A DNA stretch of 64,000 nt from Desulfobacterales bacterium (lineage in GTDB: Bacteria; Desulfobacterota; Desulfobacteria; Desulfobacterales; UBA2174), in the NCBI GenBank assembly GCA_963668645.2, contig CAXXWC010000021.1, positions 1,558,114-1,622,113 on the forward strand, given 5' to 3'. Made by a program: the position numbers and the translations under genes. Position 1 is the first letter of the stretch. Every line of letters begins with the position of its first letter. Below are positions 30,515 to 40,367 of this stretch, piece by piece. Under the pieces are notes generated by a model. The model ran no database searches, was not told the DNA's origin, and saw only the letters and a program-made list of their open reading frames with translations.

Positions 30515-32212
30515 TCAAAGGTCGTACATCGTCTTTTTGCGCCACAGGGTCACCCGGGAAATGCCCAGGTCCCGGGCCGCCGCGCTCTGGTTGCCGTCGT
30601 GGCGCTCCAGGGCCTCGGCGATACGCCGGTGCTCGCGTGCCTTCCTGTCGCCCCGGACCGGGGCCGGCCCGTCTGCCGGCGACCGGCCGGAGAGGGCCGG
30701 GCTTTGCGGGTAGAGCACCTGCACGGGAAAGCACTCCGGAGTGATTTCAGAGCCGCGGCCCATGGCCAGGGCGTACTCGACGGCGTTTTCCAGCTCGCGG
30801 ATATTGCCGGGCCAGTGGTAGCGGCAAAGCGTCTGCTGGGCGGCGAGGTTGAGTTTCGGCAGGGCTGGGCCGTCTTTTTTGCCGTGTTTGGCGATGAAGT
30901 GGTCCACCAGGCGGAATATGTCCTGGGACCGTTGGCGCAAGGGGGGAATCACCAGGGGGATCACCGCTACACGGTAGAAAAGGTCGAGCCGGAAATCGCC
31001 GCGCTGGGCCATGACCGGCAGGTCTTGATTGGTGGCGCAGATGATGCGCACATCCACCGGGTACGAGCGGTCGGCGCCCACCGGCCGGACCTCCCTCTCC
31101 TGCAAGGCTCTCAGCAGCTTGACCTGCATCGCCTTGTCCAGCTCGCCGATCTCGTCCAGAAAGAGGGTCCCCTCGTGCGCTTCGCGAAAAAGTCCGGCGC
31201 GGTCCGAGATGGCGCCGGTGAAGGCGCCCCGTACATGGCCGAACATCTCGGATTCGAGCAACGCCTCAGGCAGCGCACCGCAGTTGACCGAGACGAACGG
31301 CTTTTCGCGCCGGTGGCTCTGGGCATGTATCGCCCGGGCGGCCACCTCCTTGCCCACCCCGGTCTCGCCCATGATCAGAACGCTCGAGTCGACCTCTGCG
31401 CAGCGCAGGATGGTCTCGAAGACGCCCTGCATCTTCTTGCCGCTGCCGATCATCTCGGTCTGGAGCCGGTGGCGCCGCAGCTGCCGTCGATAGTGGAACA
31501 GTTCGCGCTCGCGTTCGGCCAGGCGGATGTTGTCGGTGATGTCGGTGAGCGTCTCGGCGTAGGCGAACAGGCGCCCCTCATGATCGTAGATCGGCCGGAT
31601 CTCACCCACGAACTGGCGCGCCTGGCCGTTGACGGTCAACTCGAGCTTGGCCGGCCCCTCGGACCCGGGCGGCAGCAGGGGCGTCTTGCGGTCGAATTGC
31701 AGGACCCGGCTCTCCGGGTTGCCGAACATGAAGCGCCCGCGCTCGTCGAAGATCGTGACGCAGTCGCGGATGCCGAAGAGGATGCTCTGGAGCATCATCT
31801 TCTCCTTTTCCAGGTCGTCGCGGATCTTTTTCTGCCCGCTGTTGTCCACCAGCAGCACGTTGCACGTGGCCGGCCGGCCCGCGGCGTCCGTGTTGGTGGA
31901 AAGATGGAACAGGACCGGAATTTTTTCCATGTCCCGGCCGTAGACGTAAAGCTCGAACTGGATCGACTCCTCGCGGCCCGAGGCCAGGGCGGTGATGATC
32001 TGCTCCACCTTGCGGCGTTCATCGGCGCTTATCAGCGTGCGCATGTCCCGGCCGACGAGCCGGTGGCGCTCGGCTCCGGTGAGTTCGACGAAGGTCTCGT
32101 TGACGTCCAGCAGCACGAACCCCATGTCTACCAGCCAATAGCTAATCTTCAAGTAATCGAGGATGCGTTTCAGATCCCGATTGCCCGCCGGACCGGGCAG
32201 CAGCACATCCAT
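30515..32212 (-). CDS. PAS-domain sigma54-dependent activator
   Basis: Two PAS-like N-terminal domains, GETGVGKE, GHVRGAFTGA, WPGNIRELEN, HTH. Confidence 0.92.
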   Translation of the reverse strand: MDVLLPGPAGNRDLKRILDYLKISYWLVDMGFVLLDVNETFVELTGAERHRLVGRDMRTLISADERRKVEQIITALASGREESIQFELYVYGRDMEKIPVLFHLSTNTDAAGRPATCNVLLVDNSGQKKIRDDLEKEKMMLQSILFGIRDCVTIFDERGRFMFGNPESRVLQFDRKTPLLPPGSEGPAKLELTVNGQARQFVGEIRPIYDHEGRLFAYAETLTDITDNIRLAERERELFHYRRQLRRHRLQTEMIGSGKKMQGVFETILRCAEVDSSVLIMGETGVGKEVAARAIHAQSHRREKPFVSVNCGALPEALLESEMFGHVRGAFTGAISDRAGLFREAHEGTLFLDEIGELDKAMQVKLLRALQEREVRPVGADRSYPVDVRIICATNQDLPVMAQRGDFRLDLFYRVAVIPLVIPPLRQRSQDIFRLVDHFIAKHGKKDGPALPKLNLAAQQTLCRYHWPGNIRELENAVEYALAMGRGSEITPECFPVQVLYPQSPALSGRSPADGPAPVRGDRKAREHRRIAEALERHDGNQSAAARDLGISRVTLWRKKTMYDL

Positions 32213-32376
32213 GGGCGCGCTCCGCTCTTATACTGTGGCGATATCACTCCGCGGCAAATTGTCACAACGCTGTTGCAACAACGTGAAACATATTTGAAGC
32301 ACTCTTCATTGTCAATGATCCCTATTTAGTGAATTAAATTCAAGATTATCATGGACCTGCAACACCGAAGCGCAAA

Positions 32377-32392
32377 TGGCACCTTCCTTGAA
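32377..32392 (+). promoter_or_regulatory. Putative sigma54 promoter of atu-like operon
   Basis: TGGCAC-CTTCC-TTGAA (perfect -24, variant -12); imperfect palindrome TGTTGCAACAACGTGAAACA at 32271-32290 upstream. Confidence 0.55.
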
Positions 32393-32472
32393 TACGAAAA
32401 GGCCTATCCCCGAGACCCGGGTCCCGGGGGACTGAAAACAAGAGGTACCGGTAAAAGGGAGATAAAACCGAC

Positions 32473-34089
32473 ATGAGCGTCATCGAAACCACCGTCGATC
32501 CGCGCAGCGAGGCGTATCAGAATAATTTCGAGGCCATGCGTGCGCTGGTGGAGGACCTGGACAGGGAACTGAAGACCGCCTGGGACACACGTTCGAAAAA
32601 GTCACTGGCCCGTCTGGCCGAGATGGGTAAGCTGCCCACCCCCAAAAAGATCGAGCTGCTCCTCGACCCCAACACCCCGTTTCTGGAGATCGGGGCCCTG
32701 GCGGCCCGGGGGATGTACGACGGCAAAATCCACAAGGCCGGGGCCGTGGTCGGCATCGGCATGGTGGCCGGCAAGGAGGTGCTGGTCTTTGCCAACGACC
32801 CCACTATCAAGGGCGGCTCGTCCTATCCCATGACGGTCAAAAAAACCCTGCGCGGCCAGACCATCGCCATGGAAAACCGCCTGCCCACCGTCAACCTCCT
32901 CGACTCGGCCGGCGCCTTTCTGCCGCTCCAATCGGAGATCTTTCCGGATTCCGACGACGGCGGGCGGGTATTCTACAACCAGGCCATGATGAGCAAGATG
33001 GGCATCGCCCAGATTACCGCCGTCATGGGCCTTTGCACCGCCGGCGGGGCCTACGTGCCGGCCATGAGCGACGAGGTGGTGCATGTGCGCGGCCACGGGG
33101 CCATCTTTTTGGGCGGCCCGCCCCTGGTCAAGGCGGCCACGGGCGAGGAGGTCTCGGCCGACGACCTGGGCGGTGCGGCGCTGCACTGCGCCGAGTCCGG
33201 GGTGTCGGACTACTTTGCCGAGGACGACGCCCACGCCATCGAGATCGTACGCCAACTGGTGGCCAACCTGCCGGATACCGAAAAGGCCAAACTCACCTGC
33301 CGGGAGCCGAAGCCGCCGCTGTACGATCCCAAGGAGATCTACGGGATCGTGCCGCGGGACATCGCCGCGCCCTACGACATCCGCGAGGTGATCGCGCGCA
33401 TCGTGGACGGCAGCGAGTTCATCGAGTTCAAGGAGATGTACGGCTCGACCCTGGTCTGCGGGTTTGCCCACATCCACGGCTACCCGGTGGGGATTCTGGG
33501 CAACAACGGAATCCTGTTTTCAGAAAGCGCCCTCAAGGGGACCCAGTTCATCCAGCTCTGCGACAGCCGGCGCATTCCGCTGGTCTTCCTGCAGAACATC
33601 ACCGGGTTCATCATCGGCCGCGAATACGAGCGGGGCGGGATCACCAAGAACGGGCACAAGATGGTCAACGCCGTGTCCACGGCCACGGTGCCCAAACTCA
33701 CGATGATGGTGGGGGCCTCGTTCGGGGCGGGCAACTACGCCATGTGCGGCCGGGGGTACTCGCCGCGCTTCCTCTGGGCCTGGCCCAACCACCAGATCGG
33801 GGTGATGGGCGGGGCCCAGGCGGCCGACGTGCTGGTGACGCTGCAAAACGACCAGCGGGCAAGGGCGGGCCAGCCGCCGCTTACCGCCGAGGAGGTGGCC
33901 TTCATCCGCGAACCGGTGATCGCCGCAGCCATCAAGGAAGGCGACGCCTACTACTCCACGAGCAACCTGTGGGACGACGGGATCATCGACCCGGCCAAGA
34001 CGCGGGACGTCCTGGGGCTGAGCATCTCGGCGGCGCTCAACGCGCCGATCCGCGACGGCGTGTACGGCTACGGCATCTTCCGGATGTAA
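32473..34089 (+). CDS. Acyl-CoA carboxylase carboxyltransferase subunit (geranyl-/methylcrotonyl-CoA type, AtuC-like)
   Basis: ANDPTIKGG, DSAGAFLP, CTAGGAYVPAM, FLGGPPLVKAATGE, SFGAGNYAMCGR, WDDGIIDP. Confidence 0.9.
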   Translation: MSVIETTVDPRSEAYQNNFEAMRALVEDLDRELKTAWDTRSKKSLARLAEMGKLPTPKKIELLLDPNTPFLEIGALAARGMYDGKIHKAGAVVGIGMVAGKEVLVFANDPTIKGGSSYPMTVKKTLRGQTIAMENRLPTVNLLDSAGAFLPLQSEIFPDSDDGGRVFYNQAMMSKMGIAQITAVMGLCTAGGAYVPAMSDEVVHVRGHGAIFLGGPPLVKAATGEEVSADDLGGAALHCAESGVSDYFAEDDAHAIEIVRQLVANLPDTEKAKLTCREPKPPLYDPKEIYGIVPRDIAAPYDIREVIARIVDGSEFIEFKEMYGSTLVCGFAHIHGYPVGILGNNGILFSESALKGTQFIQLCDSRRIPLVFLQNITGFIIGREYERGGITKNGHKMVNAVSTATVPKLTMMVGASFGAGNYAMCGRGYSPRFLWAWPNHQIGVMGGAQAADVLVTLQNDQRARAGQPPLTAEEVAFIREPVIAAAIKEGDAYYSTSNLWDDGIIDPAKTRDVLGLSISAALNAPIRDGVYGYGIFRM

Positions 34090-34141
34090 TTCGGCCAGGG
34101 CGGCGCGCGCCGCCCGCAGCCACCCCAATCGAGGAGTGATC

Positions 34142-35629
34142 ATGTTCAAGAAAGTTCTCGTTGCCAACCGTGGCGAGATCGCCCTGCGGATCATGCGCAC
34201 CTGCCGCGAGATGGGCATTGCCACGGTGGCGGTCTACTCGGAGGTGGACGACCGGGCCCTCCATGCCCTGGAAGCCGACGAGGCGGTCCCCCTCGGCCCG
34301 GCCGAGCCGGCCGCCAGCTACCTGAACATCGCGGCCATCATCGCCGCGGCCCGGCAGACAGGCGCCGAGGCGATCCACCCCGGCTACGGGTTTCTGGCCG
34401 AAAACGCCGCCTTCGCCGAACGCTGCGCCAAAGCCGGGATCGTCTTCATCGGCCCGCCGGCCCGGGTCATCCGCGACCTGGGCGACAAGGTGGTGGCCCG
34501 CCGCATCATGCAAAAAGGCGGGGTGCCGGTGATCCCCGGCATGACCGAGGAGGCCGGCGACCCGGCCGCCAGGGCCGCCCAGGCCGAAGCCATCGGCTAT
34601 CCGGTGCTGATCAAGGCGGCGGCCGGCGGCGGCGGCAAGGGGATGCGCATCGTGAAAGATCCGGCAGCCCTAGCAGAATCCTGCGAGGCCGCCTCCCGGG
34701 AAGCGGCCGCCGCCTTCGGCAGCGGGGCCATATACATGGAAAAGTTTCTGGCCACATCGCGTCACGTGGAGGTCCAGATCCTGGCCGACACCCGAGGAAA
34801 CACGATTCACCTCTTCGAACGCGAGTGCTCCATCCAGCGCCGCCACCAGAAAATCATCGAGGAAACCCCCAGCCCGGCCCTGACCCCGGCGCTGCGCGCC
34901 GCCATGGGCGAGGCGGCGGTGGCCGCGGCCCGGGCCGCAGGCTACGTCAACGCCGGCACGGTGGAGTTCATCCTCGACCCCGAAGGCCGCTTCTACTTTC
35001 TGGAAGTCAACACCCGGTTGCAGGTGGAGCACCCCATCACCGAGATGATCACCGGCGTCGACCTGGTGCGCCACCAGATCGAGATCGCCGCAGGCCGGCC
35101 CTTGTCTCTGTCCCAGGCGGATCTGGAAGGCCGGGGCCACGCCATCGAGTGCCGGATCTACGCCGAAGACCCGGAACAGAACTTTTTCCCTTGCCCGGGG
35201 AAAATCGTTTTTCTGCGCGAACCGGCCGGTCCCGGGGTGCGCAACGACTGCGGGGTTTACTCGGGCTTCGAGGTGCCGGTGGAGTACGATCCGATCCTCT
35301 CCAAGCTGGTGGTGCACGCCGAGACCCGCGATCAGGCGATCCGGCGCATGATCCGGGCCCTGGAGTCGTACGCGGTGCTCGGGGTCAAAACGTCCATCGG
35401 TTTTCTCATCGACGTGCTCTCTTCCCAACCCTTTGTCGATGGTCAGACTTATACCGACTTCATTCCCACCCATTTTGCGGAATGGACCCCGGGGGCGGAC
35501 CGCCGGAATCTGGCCGCCATGGCCGCGCTAGCCGACGCCATGGCCCCTAAAATGCGGCCGGCGGTTGCCGGCGTGGCGGCGGCCTTGCACTCCGGTCCTT
35601 TTCAGACCCTGGGCAACTGGAGACTCTAG
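34142..35629 (+). CDS. Biotin carboxylase subunit
   Basis: KVLVANRGEIA, IHPGYGFLAEN, GGGGKGMR, ERECSIQRRHQK, FLEVNTRLQVEH. Confidence 0.93.
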   Translation: MFKKVLVANRGEIALRIMRTCREMGIATVAVYSEVDDRALHALEADEAVPLGPAEPAASYLNIAAIIAAARQTGAEAIHPGYGFLAENAAFAERCAKAGIVFIGPPARVIRDLGDKVVARRIMQKGGVPVIPGMTEEAGDPAARAAQAEAIGYPVLIKAAAGGGGKGMRIVKDPAALAESCEAASREAAAAFGSGAIYMEKFLATSRHVEVQILADTRGNTIHLFERECSIQRRHQKIIEETPSPALTPALRAAMGEAAVAAARAAGYVNAGTVEFILDPEGRFYFLEVNTRLQVEHPITEMITGVDLVRHQIEIAAGRPLSLSQADLEGRGHAIECRIYAEDPEQNFFPCPGKIVFLREPAGPGVRNDCGVYSGFEVPVEYDPILSKLVVHAETRDQAIRRMIRALESYAVLGVKTSIGFLIDVLSSQPFVDGQTYTDFIPTHFAEWTPGADRRNLAAMAALADAMAPKMRPAVAGVAAALHSGPFQTLGNWRL

Positions 35630-35631
35630 TC

Positions 35632-36156
35632 ATGCAATACAAGCTGAAAAACAACGACGACGTCATCACCCTCGACGCCGAGGCCGACGGCGACGCGCGC
35701 TTTCGCGTATCAATCGGAGACGATCAGCACGAAGTCGCCTACCGGCGCATCTCCGATTACCAGATCCACCTCACCGTGGACGGCCACCAGGTCATGGCCT
35801 TCGTGGCCGACACTCCCGAGGGCAAGACGGTGATGGTGGACGGCCGCACATGGCTCCTCGAAGACGCCGCCGCACAACAGACCCGGCGCCGAGGGACGCG
35901 CAATGACGGGCCGAAGCAGGTTTCGCCGCCCATGCCCGCGGTGGTGACCAAACTTCTCGTGGCCCAGGGCGACAGCGTGGAAAAGGGCCAGGGGGTGGTG
36001 GTGGTCTCGGCCATGAAAATGGACACCACCCTCACGGCCCCCTTCGACGGGGTGGTGACCCGCGTCAACGTGGCCGAGGGCGACAAGGTCACGCCGAAGC
36101 AGGTGCTGGTGGACATCGAGCCGGCCGTGGAAGAAGAGACCGCCTCGGCGGCCTGA
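35632..36156 (+). CDS. Biotin carboxyl carrier subunit
   Basis: SPPMPAVV, AMKM biotinylation motif, APFDGVV. Confidence 0.9.
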   Translation: MQYKLKNNDDVITLDAEADGDARFRVSIGDDQHEVAYRRISDYQIHLTVDGHQVMAFVADTPEGKTVMVDGRTWLLEDAAAQQTRRRGTRNDGPKQVSPPMPAVVTKLLVAQGDSVEKGQGVVVVSAMKMDTTLTAPFDGVVTRVNVAEGDKVTPKQVLVDIEPAVEEETASAA

Positions 36157-36211
36157 AATGTCCTAACATTTCAACATACCGCTTCGAACCATCGACAGAG
36201 GAGGCCCTGAC

Positions 36212-36990
36212 ATGGCCGAACAGGATCTGACCTACCGCGTGGAAAACCACGTGGCCACCGTGACCATCAACCGGGAGAGCCGGCGCAATGCCATCAGCCC
36301 CGGGGCGCTGGCCCTGTTTCACGAGGCTCTGGACCGGGCCCTGGCCGACGATGCGGTCCGTGTGGGTCTGCGTCACCGGCGCCGGGGAAAAGGCCTTTTG
36401 CACCGGCGCCGATCTAGGCGGCGGCATGGGGACCGATGATGAAAGCCGGCGTGTTTTCGACAGCTACGCGCGCCTCATCAGCCGCCTGGCTGTTTTTCCC
36501 AAGCCCACCGTGGCGCGGGTCAACGGGCACTGCCTGGCCGGGGGCACCGGGTTCATGCTCGGCTGCGACATCGTCATCGCCAAAAAGACGGCCAAGTTCG
36601 GCACCCCCGAGGTCAACGTGGGGCTCTTTCCCATGATGATCGGGGCGCTGATCTTCCGCAACGTGGAGCGCAAAAAGGCCATGGAGATGATCCTGCTCGG
36701 CGAGACACTCACCGCCGATCAGGCCCTGGCCATGGGCCTCGTCACCCGCGTGGGTGCCCGAAACGGATTTCGACGCCGAGGTGGACAAGGTCCTCGGCGC
36801 CCTGGCCGGCAAGAGCCCCATCGGCATGCGCCTCGGCAAGGAGGCCTTTGCCGCCGCCGAAACGATGCCCCTGGACGAGGCGGTGCGGTTTCTGGCGGGC
36901 CGCCTCGCCGCGGTGGCGGCCACCGAAGACGCCCGCGAAGGGATCATGGCCTTTTTGGAAAAACGACTGCCCCGGTTCACGGGAAAGTAG
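36212..36990 (+). pseudogene. Enoyl-CoA hydratase/isomerase (AtuE-like) split by two +1 frameshifts; probably intact in vivo
   Basis: Segments TINRESRRNA / TGAGEKAFCTGADL...GGG...PEVNVG / EDAREGIMAFLEKR in three frames; span 779 nt = 777+2; extra G in GTGGGT at ~36363 and ~36752. Confidence 0.8.
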
Positions 36991-36995
36991 GCGCC

Positions 36996-37538
36996 ATGTT
37001 CTATTTCTTCGACGGCAAGGTGCCGGCCGTGGGGCAAGGCACCTATGTGAGCGAGCTGGCCACGGTCATCGGCAACGTGGAGATCGGCGACGACGGCTAT
37101 GTGGGTCCCGGCGCCATCCTGCGCGGGGACCACGGCCGCATCGAGATCGGGAACGGGTCGGCGGTGGAAGAAGGAGTGATCCTCCACGCCGCGCCGGGGC
37201 ACGTACTGAAGATCGGCTGCCGGGTCACTCTAGGGCACGGCGCCACCGTCCATGCCCGCAGCATCGGCGACGGAGCGGTGGTGGGCATGGGCGCGGTGGT
37301 GAGCATCGAAAGCGAGATCGGCGCCGGTGCCATCGTGGCCGAGGGCACGGTGGTCAAGTGGGGCCAGATCATCGACGCCGACATGATGGCCGCCGGCAAC
37401 CCGGCCCGGGTGATCCGGCCGGTGAACGAGAAAGACCGGCTCATCTGGGACTTCGGCAAGCAGCTCTACATCGACCTGGCCCACAAGTACCTCCAAGATG
37501 GGATGCACCCGGTGGATCCGGTCCGAAAAGGGAAATGA
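36996..37538 (+). CDS. Gamma carbonic anhydrase-family protein (PaaY/CaiE-like)
   Basis: Hexapeptide repeats, LRGDHG, ILH, LGHGATVH, AGNPARVIR. Confidence 0.88.
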   Translation: MFYFFDGKVPAVGQGTYVSELATVIGNVEIGDDGYVGPGAILRGDHGRIEIGNGSAVEEGVILHAAPGHVLKIGCRVTLGHGATVHARSIGDGAVVGMGAVVSIESEIGAGAIVAEGTVVKWGQIIDADMMAAGNPARVIRPVNEKDRLIWDFGKQLYIDLAHKYLQDGMHPVDPVRKGK

Positions 37539-37565
37539 ATCGCATCCAAGCCACAAGGGGGCACT

Positions 37566-39350
37566 ATGCCGCATCCAACAGCAGGTGACAAACTGATCAT
37601 CGCCAATTGCAGCGGGTTCTTCGGCGACCGCCTCTCGGCGGCGGCCGAGATGGTCCGGGGCGGCCCCATCCACGTGCTCACCGGGGACTATATAGCCGAA
37701 CTCACCATGGCGATCCTCTTCCAGAAGAAGCTCAAGGCGCCGGAGACCGGCTACGTGCCGACCTTTCTCAAGCAGATGGAAGAGATCATGGGCGAGTGCC
37801 TGGAAAAGCGGATCCGCGTGGTGAGCAATGCCGGCGGCCTCAACCCGGCCGGCATGGCCCAGGCCCTAAGGGCCCTGGCCGAAAAGCTCGGTCTGGCGCC
37901 GAAGATCGCCTATATCGAGGGCGACGACCTGATGCCGCGGCTGGCCGAACTCCAGGCCCAGGGCGAGACCTTCACCCACCTGGACAAGGGGATCGGCCTG
38001 GCCGAGGCCGGGGCCATGGCCATCAGTGCCAACGCCTATCTGGGCGGCTGGGGCATCGTCGAGGCCCTGAACCAGGGGGCGGACATCGTGGTCTGCGGCC
38101 GCGCGGCGGACGCCGCGCTGGTGGCCGGCCCGGCCGCGTGGCATTTCGGCTGGGACCCCGCCGACTGGGACCGCCTGGCCGGCGCCTATGCGGCGGGCCA
38201 CATCATCGAGTGCGGCGCCCAGGCCACCGGCGGCAACTACTCCTTCATCCACGAGGTGCCGTCCTATCGCAATGTCGGCTTTCCCATCGCGGAGATCGAG
38301 GCCGACGGCAGCTTTACCATCACCAAACACCCGGGCACCGGCGGGCTGGTGTCGGTGGGCACGGTGACGGCCCAGCTTCTTTACGAGATCGCCGCGCCCC
38401 ACTACCTGACACCGGACGTGACGGTGCGCTTCGACACCCTGCGTCTGGAGCAGGAAGGCGCCGACCGGGTGCGGGCCACGGGCACCCGGGGCGAGCCGTC
38501 CCCGGAGACGACCAAGGTCTGCATCAACACCCTGGCCGGGCACAAGAATCAGATGACGGTGATCCTCACCGGGCTCGAAATCGAAAAGAAAGCCGAGATC
38601 GTCACCGAAACCCTCTTCGAAAGCCTGGGCGGGCGGGACCGCTTCCAGACGGTGGATGTGCAGCTCGTGCGCTCGGACAAACCCGACCCGCCCACCAACG
38701 ACGAGGCCTTCGCCTTTCTGCGCATCACCGTGATGGATCCGGACGCCAAAAAGGCCGGCAAGCTTTTCTCGGCCAAGGTGGTGGAGATGGCCCTGGCCAA
38801 CATCCCGGGCTTCACCCTCACCGCGCCGCCGGGCCCTGGCTCGCCGGCCGTGGTGCACTGGCCCGCGCTGGTGTCGAACCGTTTTATCCACCAGAACGTC
38901 TACCTCGACGGCAAACCCGTGGCGGTGATCAAGACTGCTGAAGGGCACAACGCGGTGGCGGGGGTGCCTGAAAAGCGGGACATCCCGGCCGTTCCCAAGG
39001 GTCCCTTGGTGCGGGTGCCGCTGGGCCGGGCCTTTGCCACCCGCGCCGGCGACAAGGGCGGCAACGCCAATCTCGGGGTCTGGGCCCAGACTCCTGAAGC
39101 CTACGCGTTCCTCAGGGGTTATCTTACCACGGAGAAGCTGCAAGAGCTGCTGCCGGACTGCGCACCCTACACCATCGACCGCTACGAACTGCCCAACCTG
39201 CTGGCGGTGAACTTCTATATCCGCGGTCTGCTGGGTGAGGGGGTGGCGGCCTCGGTGCGCAGCGATCCCCAGGCCAAAACCCTGGGCGAGTACCTGCGCG
39301 CCAAGGTCATCGAGATGCCCGCGTCGATCCTGGTGGTTTCCGGAGAATAG
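37566..39350 (+). CDS. atuA: Acyclic terpene utilization AtuA-family protein
   Basis: NCSGFFGDR, GDYIAELTM, NAGGLNP, NAYLGGWGI, GHIIECGAQATGGN, RAGDKGGNAN, DPQAKTLGE. Confidence 0.88.
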   Translation: MPHPTAGDKLIIANCSGFFGDRLSAAAEMVRGGPIHVLTGDYIAELTMAILFQKKLKAPETGYVPTFLKQMEEIMGECLEKRIRVVSNAGGLNPAGMAQALRALAEKLGLAPKIAYIEGDDLMPRLAELQAQGETFTHLDKGIGLAEAGAMAISANAYLGGWGIVEALNQGADIVVCGRAADAALVAGPAAWHFGWDPADWDRLAGAYAAGHIIECGAQATGGNYSFIHEVPSYRNVGFPIAEIEADGSFTITKHPGTGGLVSVGTVTAQLLYEIAAPHYLTPDVTVRFDTLRLEQEGADRVRATGTRGEPSPETTKVCINTLAGHKNQMTVILTGLEIEKKAEIVTETLFESLGGRDRFQTVDVQLVRSDKPDPPTNDEAFAFLRITVMDPDAKKAGKLFSAKVVEMALANIPGFTLTAPPGPGSPAVVHWPALVSNRFIHQNVYLDGKPVAVIKTAEGHNAVAGVPEKRDIPAVPKGPLVRVPLGRAFATRAGDKGGNANLGVWAQTPEAYAFLRGYLTTEKLQELLPDCAPYTIDRYELPNLLAVNFYIRGLLGEGVAASVRSDPQAKTLGEYLRAKVIEMPASILVVSGE

Positions 39351-39394
39351 AATAACAAAATTCACCTCAGAGAACGCAGCGCACACAAAAAAGG

Positions 39395-40195
39395 ATGGGG
39401 AAGATGAAGCAGATCTGCAGCGACTTGGCCTGGGAGCAGGAGCACCTCGACGCACTGGTCAGCGGGCTCGACGCGGCCGGCTGGGCCCTTGCGACCCTCT
39501 GCAACGGCTGGACCGTCAAGGACGAAATCTGCCACCTGGCCTACTTCGATCATACGGCGCGGCTGGCCGCCACGGACCCCGACGCCTTTACCCGGCACAT
39601 GATCGCAGACCTGGGCAACATCAAGAGCATGGATGAAGTCACCGGGATTACCCTGGCCAAGGGGCGCGCCATGATCACGGCGGATCTGCACGCCTGGTGG
39701 CGCGAGGAGCGCCGGCAGCTCATCGGCGCCCTATCCGCACTGAACCCCAGGGAGCGCCTGCCATGGTACGGCCCGCCGATGAGCGCGCTTTCCTTTGCCA
39801 CCGCGCGGCTGATGGAAACCTGGGCCCACGGGCAGGACGTCTACGACGCGCTCAAAAAAAAGCGGCCGGTCAGCCCCGGCTTGCAGGACATCGCCCACCT
39901 GGGGGTCAAGACCTTCAGCTGGAGCTTTTCCAACCGGGGCATGGAAGTTCCGGACATCCCGGTGCGGGTGGCACTGGCCTCGCGGTCCGGGGAAACCTGG
40001 ACCTGGGGGGATGCGGCCGCAGCCGAATCGGTCACCGGGCCGGCCGAGGATTTCTGCCTGGTGGTGACCCAGCGGCGCCACGTGGACGACACGGCCCTGA
40101 TCTGCGCCGGAAAGACGGCGCGCCGCTGGATGGAGGTGGCCCAGGCCTTTGCCGGTCCGCCGGACAACGGCCCGCCGGCAGGGACATTTGCATGA
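39395..40195 (+). CDS. TIGR03084-like DinB/MDMPI metal-binding protein
   Basis: GWTVKDEICHLA, LPWYGPPMSA, ARLMETWAHGQD, DFCLVVTQRRH, AQAFAGPP. Confidence 0.8.
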   Translation: MGKMKQICSDLAWEQEHLDALVSGLDAAGWALATLCNGWTVKDEICHLAYFDHTARLAATDPDAFTRHMIADLGNIKSMDEVTGITLAKGRAMITADLHAWWREERRQLIGALSALNPRERLPWYGPPMSALSFATARLMETWAHGQDVYDALKKKRPVSPGLQDIAHLGVKTFSWSFSNRGMEVPDIPVRVALASRSGETWTWGDAAAAESVTGPAEDFCLVVTQRRHVDDTALICAGKTARRWMEVAQAFAGPPDNGPPAGTFA

Positions 40196-40232
40196 TTTTC
40201 AGCGGCATCGATCGGTTGGTGTTGATTCGGTT

Positions 40233-40318
40233 AAGGGACCCAAAGGACGAAAGGGACGCAAAGGACAAACAATCGCCGCCGGCCGTCCCTTGGGCCCTTT
40301 GGGTCCTTTAAGTCCTTT
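40233..40318. repeat. Intergenic inverted repeat built from 9-bp periodic units
   Basis: AARGGAC at 40233, 40242, 40251, 40260; complements G(T/C)CCYTT at 40285, 40294, 40303, 40312. Confidence 0.8.
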
Positions 40319-40367
40319 TCCTCAAAACCCTTTTCTCAGAACTCCTCCAGATCCCAAGGAGAACCGC

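Noticed and set aside
36288..37538. Apparent enoyl-CoA hydratase/gamma-carbonic anhydrase fusion
   Set aside because: Artefact of two frameshifts; gamma-CA has its own ATG at 36996
40233..40318. CRISPR array
   Set aside because: Units are 9 bp and inverted, with no spacers or cas genes
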